A stretch of 20,000 bases of DNA from IMG/VR virus record IMGVR_UViG_3300008120_000157; one strand, written 5' to 3'. This DNA comes from an uncultured virus (IMG/VR IMGVR_UViG_3300008120_000157) (lineage: Duplodnaviria; Heunggongvirae; Uroviricota; Caudoviricetes; Crassvirales). Position numbers and translations under genes: made by a program. How positions within the stretch are numbered: the first letter of the stretch is position 1; each line of letters opens with the position of its first letter. The notes below the pieces were generated by a model. That model saw only the letters and a program-made list of their open reading frames with translations, was not told where the DNA came from and did no database searches. Positions 16,351 through 20,000 of the stretch are shown here, piece after piece.

Positions 16351-19300
16351 TTATGAATTTTTACCTTTATTTGCTCTACGTGCTGCAGCTGCTGCATTTA
16401 GTTTATCTGCAATACTTATATATCTAAAATTACCTGCATAGTCAGGAGCTATTGTTTGCAAATATTTTTCTTGTAAATCTGTGCTAGATAATCCTTGAGC
16501 AATTTCACTAGCTTGTGTTAAACCTGCAGCTAACATATTTTGTCTAGCAGATAAAGCTTGATCATTATACTGTTGAATAGCTAAATCTTGTGTCATATTA
16601 TTAGACTCTACTTGAGCATTAAATTTATCTGCTTCCATTTTTTGAGCCTTGTCAAAGTTTTCTTTTTGTGCATAAATATCACGAATAGCTTGTTGACGCA
16701 TATTAGCCATGTTGCCTAATGTAGCTAAGTAACTTCCTGCACCAGGTGCTGCATTTTTAGCAGCTTGCATTGCAGTACCATAAGCACTGCGGACTGCTGC
16801 TAATTGCGGATCTACGTTCATTTCATAAGGAGAAATTTTAGCACGAGACTGATAGTCGCTAACATCTAATTGATTTACTTTACCAAAAAGACCACGACCA
16901 ATATTATAAAGTGCAGGTAATGCAGAAACTCCCGCTAAAATAGGATTTTGTTCTATAGATTCTAAACCTGTTTTTTTATCCATTTTAGTGAGCATTTTTC
17001 GTAATTCAGATGCCCACTCATCATCACTCATTCCTTCAGGTTTTACTAGACCATTACTTGCAGCAGCATTCATAATAGCTTCGTCTTCTTGTGCAAGTTT
17101 TTCTACTTCTAATAAATCAGTATCATCTCCTTCTTCAGCAACAACTTCAGTAGTAGATACATCAATAGGGTTACTTAAACTAGCATAATGTTCTTCTAAA
17201 GCTGCTTTTGCCATTTCAATATCTTGACTGTCAAACTTTCCATCTCCATCTGCATCAGCTCCTTCTGGCATAAAACTTTGAAGGATTATAGGATTATTTA
17301 ATGCTTCCTCAATTGTAAGACTAACGGGAACTCCTTGAATATTAAATGTAGCTTTTGGTCCAGTAATAGGATCTAAAGAACTTCCTTCTGCAAACTGATT
17401 AGTAAACATACCAGTAGTAGGTGCTCCTAAATAGCCTCCCTGTGCCATGAAATTTCCTGCGACATTCATCGCTTTAGTAATAAATGGGTTTTGAGGAGCG
17501 TTCATTAATTTAGCAGCAGCTTTACTTCCTTCAAGAGCTCCTTCTGGGATTACTTTTTTATCTGGAGAACCACCAAAGAATGTACCGTACATTGAACCTA
17601 ATTGTCCTACACCTTGTGCTACTTTATCTGTTTTTTCTCCTGTACCTGGCAAAGCAGCAACTCCGCTAGCTAAACCTTCTACACCTTCACTAATAGCTGA
17701 TTTAGTAGTAGCACCACCCGTTAGTACTGCAGAACCAAGAGCACCTGCTGCATTACCAAAACCTCTTGCAGCATCTAGACGACCTGCCTGACGTTCATCA
17801 ACATCTCCTATTTGAGATAGTTTTTCGTATCCTTTGTCTGTAAGATTGTCAGTAGTACCAAAAGTAGCTGCATCTAGTACACCTTCTCCGATACCATAAA
17901 GCGCAGAACCGATACCACGTAGGGCCATCATGCCTCCACCTGCACCGTACATATGACCGCCCATGTTATACATCTTACCCCCCATGCTCATTATACCTTG
18001 TTGTTGCATTTGTTGCATCATTGCTGGGTCTATTTCTTGTGGCATTCCTGCTGGAGGAGCCATTTGTTGTTGCTGCTGCATTGCCATCTCGTCTGCCATT
18101 GCTTGTTGGTCCGCCATAGCTGCTTGATCTACTATTTGTAAATCAGGATACTTAGATTGCATTTCTGCAACAGCTGCTTGTTTTTCAGACTCTTTTTGCT
18201 GCTCTTGCGCTTGCATTAAGTTTTCTAAATCACGTTGAATAGCAACTTGTTCAATAGTATCATTTTCACGACGAGAATTTGGACGATTTAATTTCTTAGA
18301 AATATCAGCAAATGTTTTTCCTATATCTCCTTTAGGCAAATCGTATAGAGTAGCAGTTTCTTTAGATACTTTAATCTCATCTGAAAAAATATAATCTGCT
18401 GCATTAAGTTTAGTTTCACCTTGTTCTACAAGATTTAATTTACCATCTTGTGCAAATCCTTGTGGAATGCCTCCTAGCGGATTTATTTCATGGGAACCTC
18501 CTTCATTAAATTCAGTAAGTTGTCCGCCATCAGCAAACGCTCGACCTCCCATGGAGTACATATGGCCTCCCATAGCATGTTTAACATTATGTGCTTTACC
18601 ACCAATACTAACCTTTTGGTTACCTGGTGTTCTTTCAAATTCTCCTGTAGCATGTCCATATGCTAACCATGCTTTGTATGCGGCTGGTGATTTAAAGTTC
18701 ATAGCGCCTCCTTGTTTAAAATTATTTTCTCCCAATCCTTCTGGATCGTTAGGGTCATATATAATAGGTTCTACATTAGAACCTGATTTTGTTGATGGTA
18801 CATAAATATCTTCTGCGTTTTTATTCCAACGTTTATCTATTGGGCTAGCATTTACTTTAGGACCAAAATCTCCATAAGGATCTCCTCCTTGTATTTGTAA
18901 ATTTTCTTCGCCGCCTTTATCTGCTCTTCCTAAGAATGAAGTAAGAGGCGACATATTAATGTCTGGCATATTAATATGAGGAGTCTCTATTTGTTGTAAG
19001 GGAAATCTAATTCCTACTTCACCCGAAACATGAGGGCGAAACATAGTTCCTAATGTTTTATCCATAGGTCCCGCACCTGTAGTATTAGTACTATTATTGC
19101 TGTTTTGATTAGGATCATAGTTAGGGTCTTGTCCTATAGTATTAGAAATATTAGCAGCATTTTTAGATGCAGCCCCAAACCCACCTGTTAAAGCAGCTTT
19201 ACCATAAAAAGACATAGGAAAATCCTTAAATGCTTTAGGTCTATATTCTCCTTCAGCACGAATTCCCCAACCAAGTTTTGCTCCTTTTGTTGAATTTAAA

Positions 19301-20000
19301 GTAAAACCTGTATAAGGTTCGATAATGCCTGATGGTCTACCTGCTTTTACTAAACCATTTCGATAAGGATTTCCAAAAGGAAATACACTTCCTACTTCTC
19401 CATGCAATCCTAAACCTGTTGACGGAGCATACTCTCCACCAAATTCAATACGTGGCATAGCGCTTTCAAAAATAGCGCCGCCTCCAACTTCTTGTCCTCC
19501 TTTAACAACTTTACCTTGCCAACCTATTTTACCTCCTGCTATAATATTTTGAGCATTAGGAGCTCCTCCGAGTAAAGCATCTTTGTTATTAGTAATATTT
19601 GTGATACTATTCTGATAAGCCTGTTCTTCAGGACTTAATGTAGTATTAAATGGTATACTTGGATTATACTGTTGCCCTGCATAGGCACTAGCATAAAATC
19701 CTGGAGCCTTTTTGCCTAAACCAGAATCTGTCTCAATACCTGCAATATAACCAGGCTTAAAGTTTCCTACTAATGCATTAGTATAAAAGGGACTAGCATA
19801 AACATTAGCTGTTGGATTTTTCTTATAAAATTTTTCCATAAGATCCTCAATAGGACCCCCTTCAGCGTAAGTTTGAATATTAGAAGCTTTAAAACTACTC
19901 ATCTTACCACCATGACTCATTTGATTTTTAATCTTTTTTTCTTGTGCTAACATTTCTTTTGTAGGTTTCTTTCCAGAACCTGCATTAGCACGAATATTAT
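16351..20000 (-). CDS. crAss-like cargo protein 1-type ejected protein, probably 5'-truncated by the window edge (>1215 aa)
   Basis: The frame is open upstream of the track's Met at 19953 to the window edge (..NIRANAGSGKKPTKE-MLAQEKK..), so the true start is probably outside the window. It contains the block GGSHE..GG..VEQGE..YIFSD..TFADISK, which I recall from crAss-like cargo proteins, plus Gly-rich hydrophobic segments and about 11 xxGG motifs. Confidence 0.75.
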   Translation of the reverse strand, partial: NIRANAGSGKKPTKEMLAQEKKIKNQMSHGGKMSSFKASNIQTYAEGGPIEDLMEKFYKKNPTANVYASPFYTNALVGNFKPGYIAGIETDSGLGKKAPGFYASAYAGQQYNPSIPFNTTLSPEEQAYQNSITNITNNKDALLGGAPNAQNIIAGGKIGWQGKVVKGGQEVGGGAIFESAMPRIEFGGEYAPSTGLGLHGEVGSVFPFGNPYRNGLVKAGRPSGIIEPYTGFTLNSTKGAKLGWGIRAEGEYRPKAFKDFPMSFYGKAALTGGFGAASKNAANISNTIGQDPNYDPNQNSNNSTNTTGAGPMDKTLGTMFRPHVSGEVGIRFPLQQIETPHINMPDINMSPLTSFLGRADKGGEENLQIQGGDPYGDFGPKVNASPIDKRWNKNAEDIYVPSTKSGSNVEPIIYDPNDPEGLGENNFKQGGAMNFKSPAAYKAWLAYGHATGEFERTPGNQKVSIGGKAHNVKHAMGGHMYSMGGRAFADGGQLTEFNEGGSHEINPLGGIPQGFAQDGKLNLVEQGETKLNAADYIFSDEIKVSKETATLYDLPKGDIGKTFADISKKLNRPNSRRENDTIEQVAIQRDLENLMQAQEQQKESEKQAAVAEMQSKYPDLQIVDQAAMADQQAMADEMAMQQQQQMAPPAGMPQEIDPAMMQQMQQQGIMSMGGKMYNMGGHMYGAGGGMMALRGIGSALYGIGEGVLDAATFGTTDNLTDKGYEKLSQIGDVDERQAGRLDAARGFGNAAGALGSAVLTGGATTKSAISEGVEGLASGVAALPGTGEKTDKVAQGVGQLGSMYGTFFGGSPDKKVIPEGALEGSKAAAKLMNAPQNPFITKAMNVAGNFMAQGGYLGAPTTGMFTNQFAEGSSLDPITGPKATFNIQGVPVSLTIEEALNNPIILQSFMPEGADADGDGKFDSQDIEMAKAALEEHYASLSNPIDVSTTEVVAEEGDDTDLLEVEKLAQEDEAIMNAAASNGLVKPEGMSDDEWASELRKMLTKMDKKTGLESIEQNPILAGVSALPALYNIGRGLFGKVNQLDVSDYQSRAKISPYEMNVDPQLAAVRSAYGTAMQAAKNAAPGAGSYLATLGNMANMRQQAIRDIYAQKENFDKAQKMEADKFNAQVESNNMTQDLAIQQYNDQALSARQNMLAAGLTQASEIAQGLSSTDLQEKYLQTIAPDYAGNFRYISIADKLNAAAAARRANKGKNS
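17929..17991 (-). repeat. Three tandem 7-aa repeats: MSMGGKM-YNMGGHM-YGAGGGM
   Basis: Seen directly in the translation; 21-nt period. MGGHMY is shared with the cluster at 18517-18579. Confidence 0.8.
18517..18579 (-). repeat. Three tandem 7-aa repeats: HAMGGHM-YSMGGRA-FADGGQL
   Basis: Seen directly in the translation; 21-nt period. Confidence 0.8.

Noticed and set aside
62..18805. The short plus-strand ORFs and two short nested minus-strand ORFs (9625-9819, 11170-11358) in the track
   Set aside because: They overlap the long genes in antisense or alternative frames and show no recognisable motifs; they are most likely shadow ORFs.
148..19953. Stop-codon reassignment (TAG or TGA) as in some crAss-like phages
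   Set aside because: All long ORFs are open in the standard code with near-complete coding density. All five visible stops are TAA, so recoding is not needed here, although it cannot be excluded elsewhere in the genome.
19951..19953. Met at 19953 as the true start of the 1200-aa ORF
   Set aside because: The frame continues without a stop to the window edge with protein-like sequence, so the gene probably starts outside the window.
1..20000. CRISPR arrays, tRNA/rRNA genes, intrinsic terminators
   Set aside because: Intergenic gaps are at most 36 nt, and I saw no repeat-spacer pattern or GC-rich stem with a U tract.

Overview
The window is a densely packed, AT-rich, all-minus-strand block of a crAss-like (Crassvirales-type, probably Bacteroidota-infecting) phage genome: the virion cargo / ejected-protein module. 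In transcription order it holds a 5'-truncated cargo protein with many [YFMH]xxGG repeats (>1215 aa), an 859-aa cargo protein, and a 2702-aa protein whose C-terminal part carries the first half of the two-barrel virion RNA polymerase. Next come a 158-aa ferritin and a 1664-aa protein with the RNAP catalytic half (RIP...DFDVD), a zincin HExxH domain and a NADAR domain. The start of another protein (MAIACPN...) runs off the left edge and is missing from the ORF track. The most striking pattern is cysteine placement: by manual reading, the four large proteins (about 6400 aa) contain only three Cys. These three, plus one in the next ORF, sit within 5 residues of the facing termini of consecutive large proteins (..KNCD / MACQY.. 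and ..LICGK / MAIACPN..), which suggests a head-to-tail coupling system for ejected proteins. Family assignments come from motif recognition only; no database search was run.
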